DNA of 64,000 bases from an uncultured Clostridia bacterium (GTDB lineage Bacteria > Bacillota > Clostridia > TANB77 > CAG-508), in NCBI GenBank assembly GCA_947625685.1, contig CANQPK010000001.1:36535-100534 (forward strand), read 5' to 3'. Shown one piece after another: positions 1 to 11,570 of the stretch (position 1 is the first letter of the stretch; the number at the start of each line of letters is the position of its first letter). A program made the position numbers and the translations under genes. The notes below the pieces were generated by a model. It did no database searches and had not been told where the DNA came from. It was given only the letters and a program-made list of their open reading frames with translations.

Positions 1-923
1 TTAAATATTTCTGTAACATCTTGTATAATTAAAGGATTTCTTAAGTCTGGTTTATCAGATCCATATTTAAGCATTGCATCCCTATATGTAATTCTTGGGA
101 AAGGATATTCTGATACCTTTTTACTAGAAAATTTTACAAAAGTATCATACATAACTTTTTCCATAACAGCAAATACATCTTCTTGAGTTGCGAATGCCAT
201 TTCCATATCTAGTTGATAAAATTCTCCTGGTGCCCTATCCGCTCTTGCATCTTCATCTCTAAAACAAGGAGCTATTTGGAAATACTTATCAATTCCAGAA
301 ACCATTAAAAGTTGTTTAAATTGCTGTGGAGCTTGTGGAAGTGCATAAAATCTTCCTGGATGTACTCTACTTGGTACTAGATAATCTCTTGCTCCCTCTG
401 GAGATGAACTTGTAAGTATTGGAGTTTGGACTTCTGTAAATCCTCTCTCAATCATTTGAGCCCTTAAAAATTGAATAATCTTTGATCTTAATAAAATATT
501 ATTTCTTAGTTTTTCATTTCTTAAATCTAAAAATCTATATTGTAATCTTAAATCTTCTCTCGCTTCTATATCAGAATTTACTTCAAAAGGTAAAGGTTTT
601 AATCTCTTCCCTAAAACTTCTACTTTTTCAATTACAATTTCCACTTCTCCTGTAGGCATATCTTTATTAATATCATGTTCTTCTCTTAATCTTACAGTTC
701 CTTCTACAGAAACTGTAGATTCTGTAGGAATATGAGAAACCTCGTCTACAAGGTCACTTTCTCCTGATACTACTCCTTGTGTGATACCATATTGATCTCT
801 TACATGCATAAATACAAGTCCTCCAAGGTTTCTTACAGCATGTACCCATCCTGCTATTTTTACTTTTTGTCCTACATTTTCTTTTCTAATTTCTCCACAA
901 TTGTGTGTTCTGTACTCGTTCAT
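1..923 (-). CDS. aspS: aspartate--tRNA ligase, N-terminal ~308 aa; gene runs off the left window edge
   Basis: Minus-strand translation from ATG at 921-923 gives [21 protein letters not shown]..., then the class II aaRS motifs [16 protein letters not shown] and [33 protein letters not shown] lies upstream. Absent from the ORF track because it is truncated by the window edge. Confidence 0.85.
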   Translation of the reverse strand, partial: MNEYRTHNCGEIRKENVGQKVKIAGWVHAVRNLGGLVFMHVRDQYGITQGVVSGESDLVDEVSHIPTESTVSVEGTVRLREEHDINKDMPTGEVEIVIEKVEVLGKRLKPLPFEVNSDIEAREDLRLQYRFLDLRNEKLRNNILLRSKIIQFLRAQMIERGFTEVQTPILTSSSPEGARDYLVPSRVHPGRFYALPQAPQQFKQLLMVSGIDKYFQIAPCFRDEDARADRAPGEFYQLDMEMAFATQEDVFAVMEKVMYDTFVKFSSKKVSEYPFPRITYRDAMLKYGSDKPDLRNPLIIQDVTEIF

Positions 924-961
924 TGTTGTCCCCTTTCTATATTAAACAAATAATTAAATGC

Positions 962-2128
962 TTATTTTTCAAATTGAGCCCAAGCATTATTAGCTTTTAA
1001 TTCTTCTACTTTTTGATTATGTTCTTCATTTGTCTTTGTAAAATATACATTTCCAGAAGCATCTGCAACGAAATATAAATAATCTGTTTCATTTGGATAA
1101 ATAGCTGCTTCTATTGATGCCTTACTTACATTTGATATTGGTCCTACTGGTAATTTTCCATTCATATTTGGGCCACGAGTATTATATGGATTATATGTAT
1201 TGATTTCAGATCTATATAGGTCTCTAGATCCTAAGTCAATTTTAAATGCATAATAAGTTGTAACATCACTACCTAAACTCATATTTATATTTAATCTATT
1301 GTATAATACACTTGATATATCCTTTCTATCTTTGTCAAATATTGCTTCATTTTCTATTATAGATGCAATAGTCAATAATTGATGTACTGAATACTTGCTG
1401 TTTTCTATATCTTCTTTATAATTATCAAGTACCTTTTCCGTTTGATCTAAAAGCATTTCAAATATTTCTTCAACACTAACATCTTTATCATCTATTGTGT
1501 ATGTTTCTGGGAATAAATACCCTTCTAATGAATAGTATATATCTTTATTTTTTATTTCATCAGTTAAAAACCAATATTTTTCTATTAATCCATCTATATA
1601 TTCTTCATTTTCTAAAAGGTTATATACATCTTCTTCTGTATTGTTTGTATTATTAGCTATAGTTTTTGCAATATTGGCAAAAGTTTTTCCTTCAACAAAT
1701 GTTATTTTTATTCCATCTTTAAATACTTTTCCAGTTTGCAAAGCTTGTACAATTTCAGGTACGGTCATATTTTTAGTAAGATTATATGTTCCAGCTTGGA
1801 AAGAATTTACATGGTTTAGTTTTACATATATTTTAAAAGCTAAAACATTTCTAATTAAGTCATTTTCCTTTAAAATATTTGCAATTGAGCTTGAACCTGA
1901 ACCCATTTGAATTTCGACAGAAACATTTTCATTTTCTTCACCAGTACCAGATAAAGACATATTATACCACAAAACTGACGATATTGCTATAATAATTATT
2001 AATACTAATATAATTAATAATATCTTTAGGACTGGACTTTTCTTTTCTTCTCTTCTTTCTCTTCTACTTCTTCTTGGTCCTACTTCATATTCTTGTCTTT
2101 CTGTTTCTACTTTATTTTCTTCTTCCAT
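962..2128 (-). CDS. mltG: endolytic murein transglycosylase MltG (YceG-like)
   Basis: N-terminal TM segment followed by a YceG-like domain. C-terminal signature LYFVADASGNVYFTKTNEEH. Confidence 0.8.
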   Translation of the reverse strand: MEEENKVETERQEYEVGPRRSRRERREEKKSPVLKILLIILVLIIIIAISSVLWYNMSLSGTGEENENVSVEIQMGSGSSSIANILKENDLIRNVLAFKIYVKLNHVNSFQAGTYNLTKNMTVPEIVQALQTGKVFKDGIKITFVEGKTFANIAKTIANNTNNTEEDVYNLLENEEYIDGLIEKYWFLTDEIKNKDIYYSLEGYLFPETYTIDDKDVSVEEIFEMLLDQTEKVLDNYKEDIENSKYSVHQLLTIASIIENEAIFDKDRKDISSVLYNRLNINMSLGSDVTTYYAFKIDLGSRDLYRSEINTYNPYNTRGPNMNGKLPVGPISNVSKASIEAAIYPNETDYLYFVADASGNVYFTKTNEEHNQKVEELKANNAWAQFEK

Positions 2129-2144
2129 TTTTACATCTCCTATT

Positions 2145-3158
2145 TTAATTTATTTGAATATTATTATTTGTTAAAAAACTTTGTTCTAAAATATTATTAT
2201 TTGTTACAACAAGTACTCCACCAATTTCTCTAATTCTAGGTAACAATTCTATAATAAATCTTTCTAACTTTTCATTTTCTATATTTACATCCTTCAAATT
2301 CATATTTATTGTAAATTTTTCTTTTGAAATTATTTTATCTACTAAATTGTTTATCAGTGATTTTCTCTTATTAAAATCTGATAGTTTCTCTGCTGTAACA
2401 TCTTTCTTGTTTATTTCTATAGCATTTTCTAAGTCAGCTGTTTTTGTTGTAAGCTCCGTATTATCCATATTTGCCCTTACTTGCGTTTTTTCAGTTATAT
2501 TATTTTCTTTGATATATCCAAAATTTCCATTGTATGTTAATACCTTTATCCATCCTTTCTTCTCTGCATTTTCTATAAAAATTATTGTATCATCTTTTTG
2601 TATTTTTTCAATTGTATTAGAAAAACTACTTGTGTCTTCTTTTAAAGATATATTTTTGGTTACTTTTGCAGTTATAAGTTCATTATACAATGAGTTTACT
2701 ATAGCCATATTTTCTTTTGCTGATATTTCTATATTATAAAGGCTGGATAGCTCAGATAAGGGAATATATTTCATTGAATCATATTCAAGTATTCCTTTAG
2801 AAAGCACAATTGAAGCGGTATTTATCTCTAATATATTGCTACTTAAATCAAGAGCACCTACCTTAGTTCGACAAGTTGTAATTATTTTATTAGTACTTTC
2901 TTCACAATATAAATTTTCATCAAATATATTTTTTATATCATCAACAGAAAGATATATATCATTATCTCCGTCAAAATATATAGCTGATGCTAAGCTTTGA
3001 GTCACATCTACATTGTTTACAATTAATTTGTTTTGTTCTACTGTATTTTCTTTAGGAGTTAAGAATTTTACAAGTATAATTATTAATACAACAATTATAA
3101 TCAATTGTATAATTCGTTTAATAAATTTCTTCTTATTTAATTTTCTTTTTTTCTTCAT
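2145..3158 (-). CDS. hypothetical N-terminally membrane-anchored protein
   Basis: 337-aa ORF with a basic N-terminus followed by one TM helix. No recognisable catalytic motif. Confidence 0.5.
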   Translation of the reverse strand: MKKKRKLNKKKFIKRIIQLIIIVVLIIILVKFLTPKENTVEQNKLIVNNVDVTQSLASAIYFDGDNDIYLSVDDIKNIFDENLYCEESTNKIITTCRTKVGALDLSSNILEINTASIVLSKGILEYDSMKYIPLSELSSLYNIEISAKENMAIVNSLYNELITAKVTKNISLKEDTSSFSNTIEKIQKDDTIIFIENAEKKGWIKVLTYNGNFGYIKENNITEKTQVRANMDNTELTTKTADLENAIEINKKDVTAEKLSDFNKRKSLINNLVDKIISKEKFTINMNLKDVNIENEKLERFIIELLPRIREIGGVLVVTNNNILEQSFLTNNNIQIN

Positions 3159-3245
3159 TTATTCCTCCATTATCATTGATAATTGTATAATAATTTTAGA
3201 TAAATGTCCATAGAAATTGTAAGAAAATTGTAAGAAAAATGAAAA

Positions 3246-3608
3246 TTATATATTATCTAGTCCTCCTTCAAGCATATATAAATCTGTGTAACCTTTTTGT
3301 CTTAGAATTTCATAAGCCTTTTTGCTTCTTATTCCTACTTGACAATAAAGAATTATAGTATCATCTTTATTTTTTAGAATCTTTTCTGCTTTTTTATTAA
3401 GATCATATAATGGGATATTTATCGCAGAATTTAATCTATTTTCCATAAATTCTTGTGGACTCCTTACATCAACTAATTTAATGCATGGGTTGATTTTTAT
3501 CATTTCTTTAGCAGTATCATAACTTATTTCTCTATCTTCTTCAACTAATCTTGTTTTAGTTGTCCTTAACTTTTTTATTATTTTATTTAATATATATTCT
3601 AATCTCAT
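3246..3608 (-). CDS. rhodanese-like domain protein (single-domain sulfurtransferase)
   Basis: 120 aa. Active-site loop YCQVGIRS, where the Cys is the rhodanese catalytic residue. Confidence 0.7.
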   Translation of the reverse strand: MRLEYILNKIIKKLRTTKTRLVEEDREISYDTAKEMIKINPCIKLVDVRSPQEFMENRLNSAINIPLYDLNKKAEKILKNKDDTIILYCQVGIRSKKAYEILRQKGYTDLYMLEGGLDNI

Positions 3609-3794
3609 TTTGTCATCCTTCTTTACTATTATATTACAATATATGACATATTTTTTAATTTGTTCTTATTAATTATTAAATCCATTACTGTTGTTACAGT
3701 TTTATTACTGTAATATTACAATTGTTTTTCAAAAGTGTTACTATCTATAGTTTTATGTAAAACATTTTTGTAATATCAGGTTTACATTTGCTAG

Positions 3795-3837
3795 TTATCC
3801 ACTCAAAAAAATAAAATGTGGATAACTTTGTGAATAA
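3795..3837. promoter_or_regulatory. cluster of three DnaA-box-like 9-mers (TTATCCACt, TTATCCACA on minus, TTATTCACA on minus)
   Basis: TTATCCACT at 3795-3803, TGTGGATAA at 3817-3825 and TGTGAATAA at 3829-3837. The first two form an inverted repeat. Confidence 0.45.
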
Positions 3838-4053
3838 GTATTTATCAAACTTTTTTGACTAAACTTATTTTTGGTTTGCAATAATTTTTTTATTATGTGA
3901 ATTTTTTATTTTATTTTTCAATTCATTATGTGTATTGTTCGTTTGTTCGTAAAAAATAGAGGAAATCTGCTCTCCTCTATACTTTGTCAGTTTAATTAAA
4001 AAGACAATAATATTTATTTAAAAAATACGCGTCCCAGCAACCAAATTGTCTTT

Positions 4054-4350
4054 TTATTGCATTATCCAATATATAACTAATGCAATTTCTGTAATTAAAA
4101 TAACTGGAAAACCAACTGTAAATCTCATTTTTTTAGTTTTATGTCTAAATAAATACATTCCAGCAATAGTTCCTACTCCTCCACCTAAAAAAGTAAAAAG
4201 AAATAAAGTTTTTTCAGGTATTCTCCATGAACCTCTCTTTGCTTTTTGCTTGTCAATAAACATAGCTAAAAAACCAATTATATTTATTGCTACTAAATAT
4301 ATTATTACATACTTTAATGGAAATATTTGTAAAAATGTTTCTATACTCAT
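4054..4350 (-). CDS. DUF1294-family membrane protein
   Basis: 98-aa, 3-TM small membrane protein with KRGSWRIPEKTLFLFTFLGGGVGTIAGMYLFRHKT, typical of DUF1294. Confidence 0.6.
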   Translation of the reverse strand: MSIETFLQIFPLKYVIIYLVAINIIGFLAMFIDKQKAKRGSWRIPEKTLFLFTFLGGGVGTIAGMYLFRHKTKKMRFTVGFPVILITEIALVIYWIMQ

Positions 4351-4426
4351 ATCTTCTTCTCCTATTTCTATTTATATATATCATAAATTTATATATATCA
4401 TAAATTTATATGTTTTTCAATAGCAA

Positions 4427-4454
4427 AGGGTTCAGCAATTAAGCTGAACCCTTG
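4427..4454 (-). terminator. hairpin (11-bp perfect stem AAGGGTTCAGC/GCTGAACCCTT) downstream of the 4479..4958 gene
   Basis: Perfect inverted repeat directly after the stop. The trailing T-tract is weak. Confidence 0.4.
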
Positions 4455-4478
4455 TGTGAAAAAGAAGTGTTAATCTCA

Positions 4479-4958
4479 TCATCCATGCTCTAATACCAAC
4501 GTAAACGTTGACAAGTCATCACCTGCGGGGTATACATATACCCTCTTGCCGATGCACACATTGTAATTGCTGTTAATTTCTGTCAATACATCACTATAGA
4601 AATTGATGTATTCACCCTGCTGATTTACAATCTGCGTACCAATGATCCCGTCATTATTGTAGAAATATATATCCCAGGCTTCCGCCTGACCGTTTGCGTA
4701 GGCAAACTGAATGTTTGCCACGCAAGTGCTTTGATTATAAGAACATGCAGTATCTGTTATCGGCTCTAAGGGGTCAATGTTCATGATGAAGTCCACAGAT
4801 GAAATTGACCGATGATAATAATCAAACTCATTAAGGTTGTCAGCTGTCTTGACATACGGTGTGACCTCTTCTGCTATATTGTCCTCCTGCCGAGTAGTTG
4901 CAGCAATAATTATAAACAACATGACGAGAACAAGCACGATTGCGATAACTTTCTTCAT
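4479..4958 (-). CDS. hypothetical secreted or N-anchored protein; compositionally foreign (~43% GC versus ~27% background)
   Basis: The real start is probably MKKVIAIVLVLVMLFIIIAA at 4956-4958 with a GGAGG RBS; the track ORF begins upstream. N-terminal hydrophobic signal or anchor. GC counted by eye on a 92-nt sample. Confidence 0.55.
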   Translation of the reverse strand: MKKVIAIVLVLVMLFIIIAATTRQEDNIAEEVTPYVKTADNLNEFDYYHRSISSVDFIMNIDPLEPITDTACSYNQSTCVANIQFAYANGQAEAWDIYFYNNDGIIGTQIVNQQGEYINFYSDVLTEINSNYNVCIGKRVYVYPAGDDLSTFTLVLEHG

Positions 4959-5134
4959 TTTCAATGTACCTCCATTTTTATAGTTGTCTTTCTCTATATT
5001 GTAAACACCAAAAAGTAAGAGGAGCATTCCTCCACTAATCAGTGGTAAAACGGAATTAATTATATTATAATAAGCACTTGGCTTAGTATAATATAATTAT
5101 ACCATATTTTATGTAAAATTACAAATTTGTTCGC

Positions 5135-8100
5135 CTAAAACATACTATCAAAAAGGCTCATTTGGTTGGTTTCACTCATCCCCTCAAGACATCCAAATTT
5201 CTCTAAAAGTGCTATTGTCGCATCTCCTACTTTTGCACGTTTTTTTATATCTTGTTTAGAAATGAATTCTCCGCTTTTCTCTAGCACTAGCAATACCAAT
5301 AGCTGCAACTTCTCCCATACCAGCAATACTACTTAGTGGCGGACGAATGCTTCCGGTTTTCTACTTTAAATTTGGTTGCATCAGACTTATATAAATCTAT
5401 TGGCAAGAAATTAAAACCTCTTTCATACATCTCAAGAACAGATTCCAAAATAGAATACATATTCTTATCTTTTGCAGTTGCATCATTTCCAAGTTTTTTT
5501 ATATCTGCCATTTTTTCTCTTACTTTGCTTTTTCCAAAAATCATAACTTCACTATCAAATTCATCTGCTCTTATTGAAAAGAATGTTGCATAATATGCAA
5601 GTGGTTTATGCACTTTAAACCAAGCAATACGAAATGCCATAGTTACATACGCAACAGCATGTGCTTTTGGGAACATATATTTTATCTTCTTGCAGGATTC
5701 AATATACCATTCAGGTACATTATTTTCCCTCATAAGAGTTTCTTGTTCCTCTGTTAATCCTTTGCCTTTACGAACGCATTCCATTATTTTAAATGAATTT
5801 TGAGCAGGAAGTCCCATACTTATTAAATATGTCATAATATCATCTCTAGTACATATTGCTTCTGCTAGAGTTGCTTTTCCTTCTTTAATTAAATCTTGAG
5901 CATTATTATTCCAAACATCAGTACCATGTGAAAGTCCAGATATTCTAACTAATTCTTCAAAAGTTTTTGGCAATGTTTCAACAAGCATATCTCTAACAAA
6001 TCTTGTTCCAAATTCAGGCACTCCAAAAGTTCCTACCTTTGAATCTATTTGTTCAGGAGTTACTCCTAATGCCTCCGTTGAAGAAAATATAGACATTGTT
6101 TCTTTATCATCAAGTGGAATACTTTTTGGCTCTATTCCAGTTATATCTTGAAGCATCCTTATAACTGTTGGATCATCATGTCCTAACATATCAAATTTAA
6201 GTAAGTTTTTATCTATTGAGTGATAATCAAAATGTGTTGTAATTATATCTGAGTCTGGGTCATCTGCCGGATGCTGTACAGGACAAAATTCATATATTTC
6301 ATGTCCTTTTGGAACAACTACGACTCCTCCTGGATGTTGTCCGCGTTGTTCTTTTTACACCAGTACATCCTTCTGCTAATCTATCAATTTCTGCTGAACT
6401 TACTCTTATATTTCTTTCTTCAAAATAATTTTTCACATATCCAAAAGCAGTTTTTTCTGCAATTGTTCCTATTGTTCCTGCTTTAAATGTTGTTCCCTTT
6501 CCTAAAATTTCTTCTGCATATTTATGTGCTTTTAGTTGGTATTCCCCTGAAAAATTTAGGTCTATATCTGGTTCTTTATCCCCATTAAATCCTAAAAATG
6601 TTTCAAATGGAATATCCACCCCGTCTTTTATAAGTTTTGTTGCACATTTAGGACATAATTTATCAGGAAGGTCAAATCCATTCTTAACTCCATAATCAGA
6701 AAAATCCGAATACTTGCAATTAGGACATCTATAATGTGGTTTTAGAGCATTTACTTCAGTTATTCCTGTCATATAAGCCGCAAGTGATGAACCTACAGAT
6801 CCTCTTGATCCAACCAAATAGCCATCTTCATTAGATTTAGCAACAAGTTTCTGTGCTATTATGTACATAACTGAAAATCCATTTTTTATAATCGAGTCTA
6901 ATTCTTTTCTTAATCTTGTTTCCACAATTTCTGGAAGAGGATCTCCGTATAATTCTTTTGCTCTATTCATAGCTATATCTTCTATTGTTTTTTCACAGCC
7001 TTCAATGTATGGTGGACATTTTTCTTTAGATATTGGACTAATTGCTTCACACATATCTGAAATCAGATTTGTATTAGTCACTACTACTTCATAAGCTTTT
7101 TCTTTTCCAAGATATGAGAATTCTTCTAGCATTTCCTCAGTTGTTCTTAAGTAAAGAGGCGCTTGAAAATCAGCATCATCATATTTCTGACCTGCCATTA
7201 ATATTCTTCTATATATTTCATCCTCTGGATCTAAGAAATGTACATCACAAGTTGCAACTACTGGTTTATTTAATTTTTCACCTAACTGCACTATTTTTCT
7301 ATTTATCTCTATTAAACCATCATTGTTTTCAATGCTTCCATTTCTAATTAAGTATTCATTATTTCCTAAAGGTTGAATTTCCAAATAATCATAAAAAGAT
7401 GCTATCTCTTCTATTTTATTTTCCGGTAATCCTTCTAAAATTGCCTGATATAATTCTCCTCTATCACATGCACTTCCTATCATTAATCCTTCACTATATT
7501 TTTTGTATAGGCTTCTAGGTATCTTAGGTTTTTTATAAAAATAATCTAAGTGTGAAAAAGAAATAAGCTTATATAAGTTTTTAAGTCCAACATAGTTTTT
7601 AGTTAATATAACCGCATGATATGTTGGAAGTTGTTTTAAGTTAATATCTTCTTTAAAAATATTATCTATTTCACTTAAATTTTTAACGCCTTTTTCTTTC
7701 AAATTTCTAAGCATGACTTCAAAAACTTTAACTAATGTTTTTACATCATCCAAAGCTCTATGTGCAACATCTACTCTTATTCCTAAATTTTCAGCAATTA
7801 ACCCTAATTTATGTCTTTTATATTCAGGAAACATTTCTCTTGCAATAGCTAAAGTGTCAATATATGTATTATTAAGTGTTAAGTCTTGAAGCTCTGCAAA
7901 ATGTCTTATAAATCCAATATCAAAATTTGCATTATGTGCAACTAATACACTATCTCCTGCAAATTCTAAAAATTTTGGTAAAACTTTATCTATTGTTTCA
8001 GCATTTCTTACCATATCATCAGTAATATGAGTAACTTTTATTACATCATAAGGTATTGGCTTTTCTGGATTTACAAAGCATTCAAATGTATCTATAATCT

Positions 8101-9115
8101 CACCATTTTTTATTTTTATAGCACCAAATTCTGTTATTTTTTCCGTTCTATACGAAAGTCCTGTTGTTTCTATGTCTAACACACAATATTCTGTATCTAG
8201 TTCTTGATTTTTAGAATTATATACACTAGTTTGTCCATCTGGAACTAAGTATGCCTCAACTCCATATATAACTTTTATATCATTATTGTTATCTTCTACA
8301 ACATGATTTGCTGCTGGAAAAGATTGAACAACACCATGGTCTGTTATTGCAATGGATTTCATTCCCCACTTTCTTGCTCTATTTATCAAATCAACTACAT
8401 CACTTACTCCGTCCATTTGACTCATTTGTGTATGCATATGCAATTCTACTCTTTTTTCTTTACTCCTGTCCATTCTTATATCTTCTGCTTGAGCTTCAGC
8501 TTCTAATATGGTTCTTGCAATTATTGTTACTTCCTTTGAATATGGGTCATATTGTGCATTTCCAATGACGGTTATTCTTGATGCAGAATTAATTCTATCT
8601 AACACTTTGTCTTTATCTTTTGCTTCAACAAATGCTTTGCAAGTTATTGTTGAAGTTCCATCATATACATTAAGCATAAATAAAAATTTGCCAGTTTTAA
8701 GTTCGCGTATATCTTTTTTTATAACTTTTCCAAGAATCGTAACTTTTCCAGTATCTACTGCTACATCTTTTACTTTTATTATTTTATCTGTTATTCTGGC
8801 TTTTTTGTTTCCTATTATAACATTTGAAGTTACATCTTCTGTTTCTGCACTTTTTAATTCTTTTATGTCTTTTTTGTTTTTCTGTTCATTTACATCAATA
8901 TTTAGTTCTACCTCTTGAACTCTAAATTTATTTTTTAAATAAAATTCAAATGCTAATTTTTCACCAATTTGTATATTATTGTTAGATTTTAATTCTATAA
9001 TTAATTTATTAGATTTTTTTAGAAGGCTCACTTTTATAATTTGACATTCTAAAATGTGCCCCTTTTCATCATAATCTTTAAATACATCTTTTACCAATTT
9101 TATTTCTTCTGTCAT
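5135..9115 (-). CDS. polC: DNA polymerase III PolC-type (Gram-positive replicative polymerase); frame interrupted three times as assembled
   Basis: The 938-aa ORF 6299..9115 carries the OB fold, PHP domain (HMHTQMS) and exonuclease domain. It continues in ORF 5329..6189 ([14 protein letters not shown]..., KAHAVAYV) and ORF 5135..5326 ([11 protein letters not shown]...[10 protein letters not shown]). Removing single C residues at minus-strand CGG sites restores [57 protein letters not shown] and GEFISKQD. The plus-strand sites are 6340-6343, 5352-5355 and 5270-5273. Confidence 0.9.
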
Positions 9116-9141
9116 TGATGTTTATTTCCTCCGTTTAGTTA

Positions 9142-10168
9142 TTACTTTATTATTAACATTGCATCTCCAAAGCTAAAAAATCTATATTTCTCTTTTACAG
9201 CTTCTTCATATGCCTTTAATATATATTCCCTTCCTGCAAATGCTGAAACTAACATAAGTAATGTGGATTTAGGTAAATGAAAATTAGTTATCAAGCCATC
9301 TATACATTTAAATTTGTAACCTGGATATATGTATATACTTGTATCATCTTCACAAGGATGTACCATACCGCTTTCATCTGATATACTCTCTAATACTCTG
9401 CAAGATGTTGTTCCAACTGATATTATTCTTTTATTTTGCTTTTTTGCATTATTTATCTTATCTGCCTCTTCTTTCGTTATATAAAAATGTTCTGAATGCA
9501 TTTTGTGTTCTTCAACATTTTCTTCTTTTACTGGTCTAAACGTCCCTATTCCAACATGAAGTGTTACTTTTGCAATTTTAATACCTTTTGCCTCTATTTT
9601 GCTCAAAAGTTCTTCTGTAAAATGTAATCCTGCTGTTGGAGCCGCTGCTGAGCCATCATATTTTGCATAAATTGTTTGATATCTATCCTTTTCTTTAAGC
9701 TCTTCATGTATATATGGTGGAAGTGGCATAAGTCCTATTTTGTCTAATATTTCATTAAAGATGCCTTCATAAGTAAACTTTACTTTTCTTGTTCCATCAG
9801 CTAAAATATCTAAAACATCAGCATTTAATATTCCGATCTCCAAATGTAACCTTAGTTCCTGGTTTCAATTTATTCCCTGGTCTTACAATACATTCCCAAA
9901 TATCTCCTTCAAGTTGCTTTAATAAAAGAAATTCTACATTTGCACCTGTTGATTTTTTTCCATATAATCTAGCTGGTATTACCTTTGTATTATTTATTAC
10001 AAGACAATCTCCTTCTTCTAAATAATCAATCACATCTGAAAATATTTTGTGTTCTATTGTTTGTTTTTTAGTATTTAATACCATTAGTCTCGACATATCT
10101 CTTTTTTCTATAGGCACTTGTGCTATTAATTCTTCTGGTAAATCATAATCAAAATCTGTAACTTTCAT
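9142..10168 (-). CDS. queA: S-adenosylmethionine:tRNA ribosyltransferase-isomerase; one +1 break as assembled
   Basis: N-terminal ORF 9818..10168 ([17 protein letters not shown]) plus C-terminal ORF 9142..9843. Removing a C at gatCggaata (plus 9832-9835) gives the contiguous [14 protein letters not shown]. Confidence 0.85.
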
Positions 10169-10180
10169 TTTTTCCCTTTC

Positions 10181-10780
10181 CTACTCTAATATATAATCAT
10201 CCTTTGGATTCTTATAAACTTCTTCAATTATTTTTTTTATTTCTTCATATCTTTTTGTTACCGCAACCGGACAACTTTTTTCTATGTATTTTTTATCGTC
10301 TTTTAGAAATGCTTCTCTTATTTTTGTAGATGACACTCCTTCAAACATGTCTTTTCTTTTGAATAATCTAAAATTTATTCTTTGCATTAATTCTTCATCA
10401 AACCAATCTTTTATTATTTCTGAATCATCTGAAAAATAAATTGAGAAATGTTTTTGTCCTACTCTTGATACAACATTATAGTATAAATATCTTCCCCATT
10501 CTTTATTTGATTTAGTATCTGTTTCCATGCTCCAATCAGGAAGTTCCACAATTATTATTCTTTCATTGTATGCTTGTCCATATTTTTCTATAACAGTTTC
10601 TTCTAACATCATCTTTCTTAAATTTATATCTAATGGATTTCTTAGAGTTTCTTTTTTATTTGCACTACCAATTAATATTATAACTTTATCATTTTCTTTT
10701 AAAATTGTATCTATTATACCTAAATGCCCTATGTGCAATGGTTGCATTCTGGACAAAAATACTCCAATTTTTTGTTTCAT
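10181..10780 (-). CDS. nicotinamide-nucleotide adenylyltransferase-like cytidylyltransferase (NadM-type)
   Basis: Nucleotidyltransferase motif FLSRMQPLHIGH (HxGH). Confidence 0.6.
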   Translation of the reverse strand: MKQKIGVFLSRMQPLHIGHLGIIDTILKENDKVIILIGSANKKETLRNPLDINLRKMMLEETVIEKYGQAYNERIIIVELPDWSMETDTKSNKEWGRYLYYNVVSRVGQKHFSIYFSDDSEIIKDWFDEELMQRINFRLFKRKDMFEGVSSTKIREAFLKDDKKYIEKSCPVAVTKRYEEIKKIIEEVYKNPKDDYILE

Positions 10781-10806
10781 TTATAATTACTACCTTTCTT
10801 ATATAT

Positions 10807-11536
10807 CTAAAATATTCTAATGACATCATTGCACATAACAAATAGAGAAAGTCCTAGAATAAACATAAATCCTAACATCTGTATTTTATATGACGTTTCT
10901 TCTTTTAATGGTTTCCTTTTAATTGCTTCTATAATGTATATCAATAGTTTTCCTCCGGTCTAATGGTGGAATTGGTAAAAGATTTGTTATTCCAAGTGAC
11001 AATGAAATAACTGCAAATAAATTCATAAAATCAACAAATCCTGAGGTTTGTGATACGATATTTGCTATTCCTACTGGACCTGTTAAATCATTAATAGTTG
11101 TTCCTCCAGTAACTAATATTTTTATGCTTTCAGCTAATGCTCCAATGAAATTTGAAGTCATTGAAAATGCTGTTTGAATATCGTACAAGAATGCTACTAA
11201 TAAAAAATAAATTAATAATCCAAAAACTATATTAACAATTGGTCCTGCTGAAACAATTAGTAATTTTTTTAAAAAACTAGCATTACTAAAAGAACCTTTC
11301 TCATCTGAAGGTTCTTCTTCTCCTTCCATACTGACGAATCCTCCAAGTGGAACTAGTCGTATAGAATATTTTGTATCTCCGATTTGTTTACTGCAAAGTA
11401 TTTTCCCAAAACCAATACTAAATTCATTAACTTTTACTTTACAAAGTTTGGCAACAATAAAATGTCCACCTTCATGAATAATTACTAAAACTCCAAGAAG
11501 TATTAAGGTTTTTATGATTGTAATTATAATGCTCAT
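10807..11536 (-). CDS. rseP: RIP metalloprotease RseP / site-2 protease (M50 family), short form; one +1 break near the C-terminus
   Basis: HEGGHF zinc motif. The track ORF ends at LPIPPLDRRKTIDIHYRSN. Deleting the C at gacCggagg (plus 10954-10957) gives the conserved LPIPPLDGGKLLIYIIEAIKRKPL... and extends the gene to a stop at 10807. Confidence 0.75.
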
Positions 11537-11570
11537 ATTTATGCAACATTTCCTCCTTAAAATATTAAAA

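Noticed and set aside
5135-6189. ORFs 5135..5326 and 5329..6189 as independent genes
   Set aside because: Both are in-register continuations of PolC once single inserted Cs are removed. The first begins with TTG only because the track allows alternative starts.
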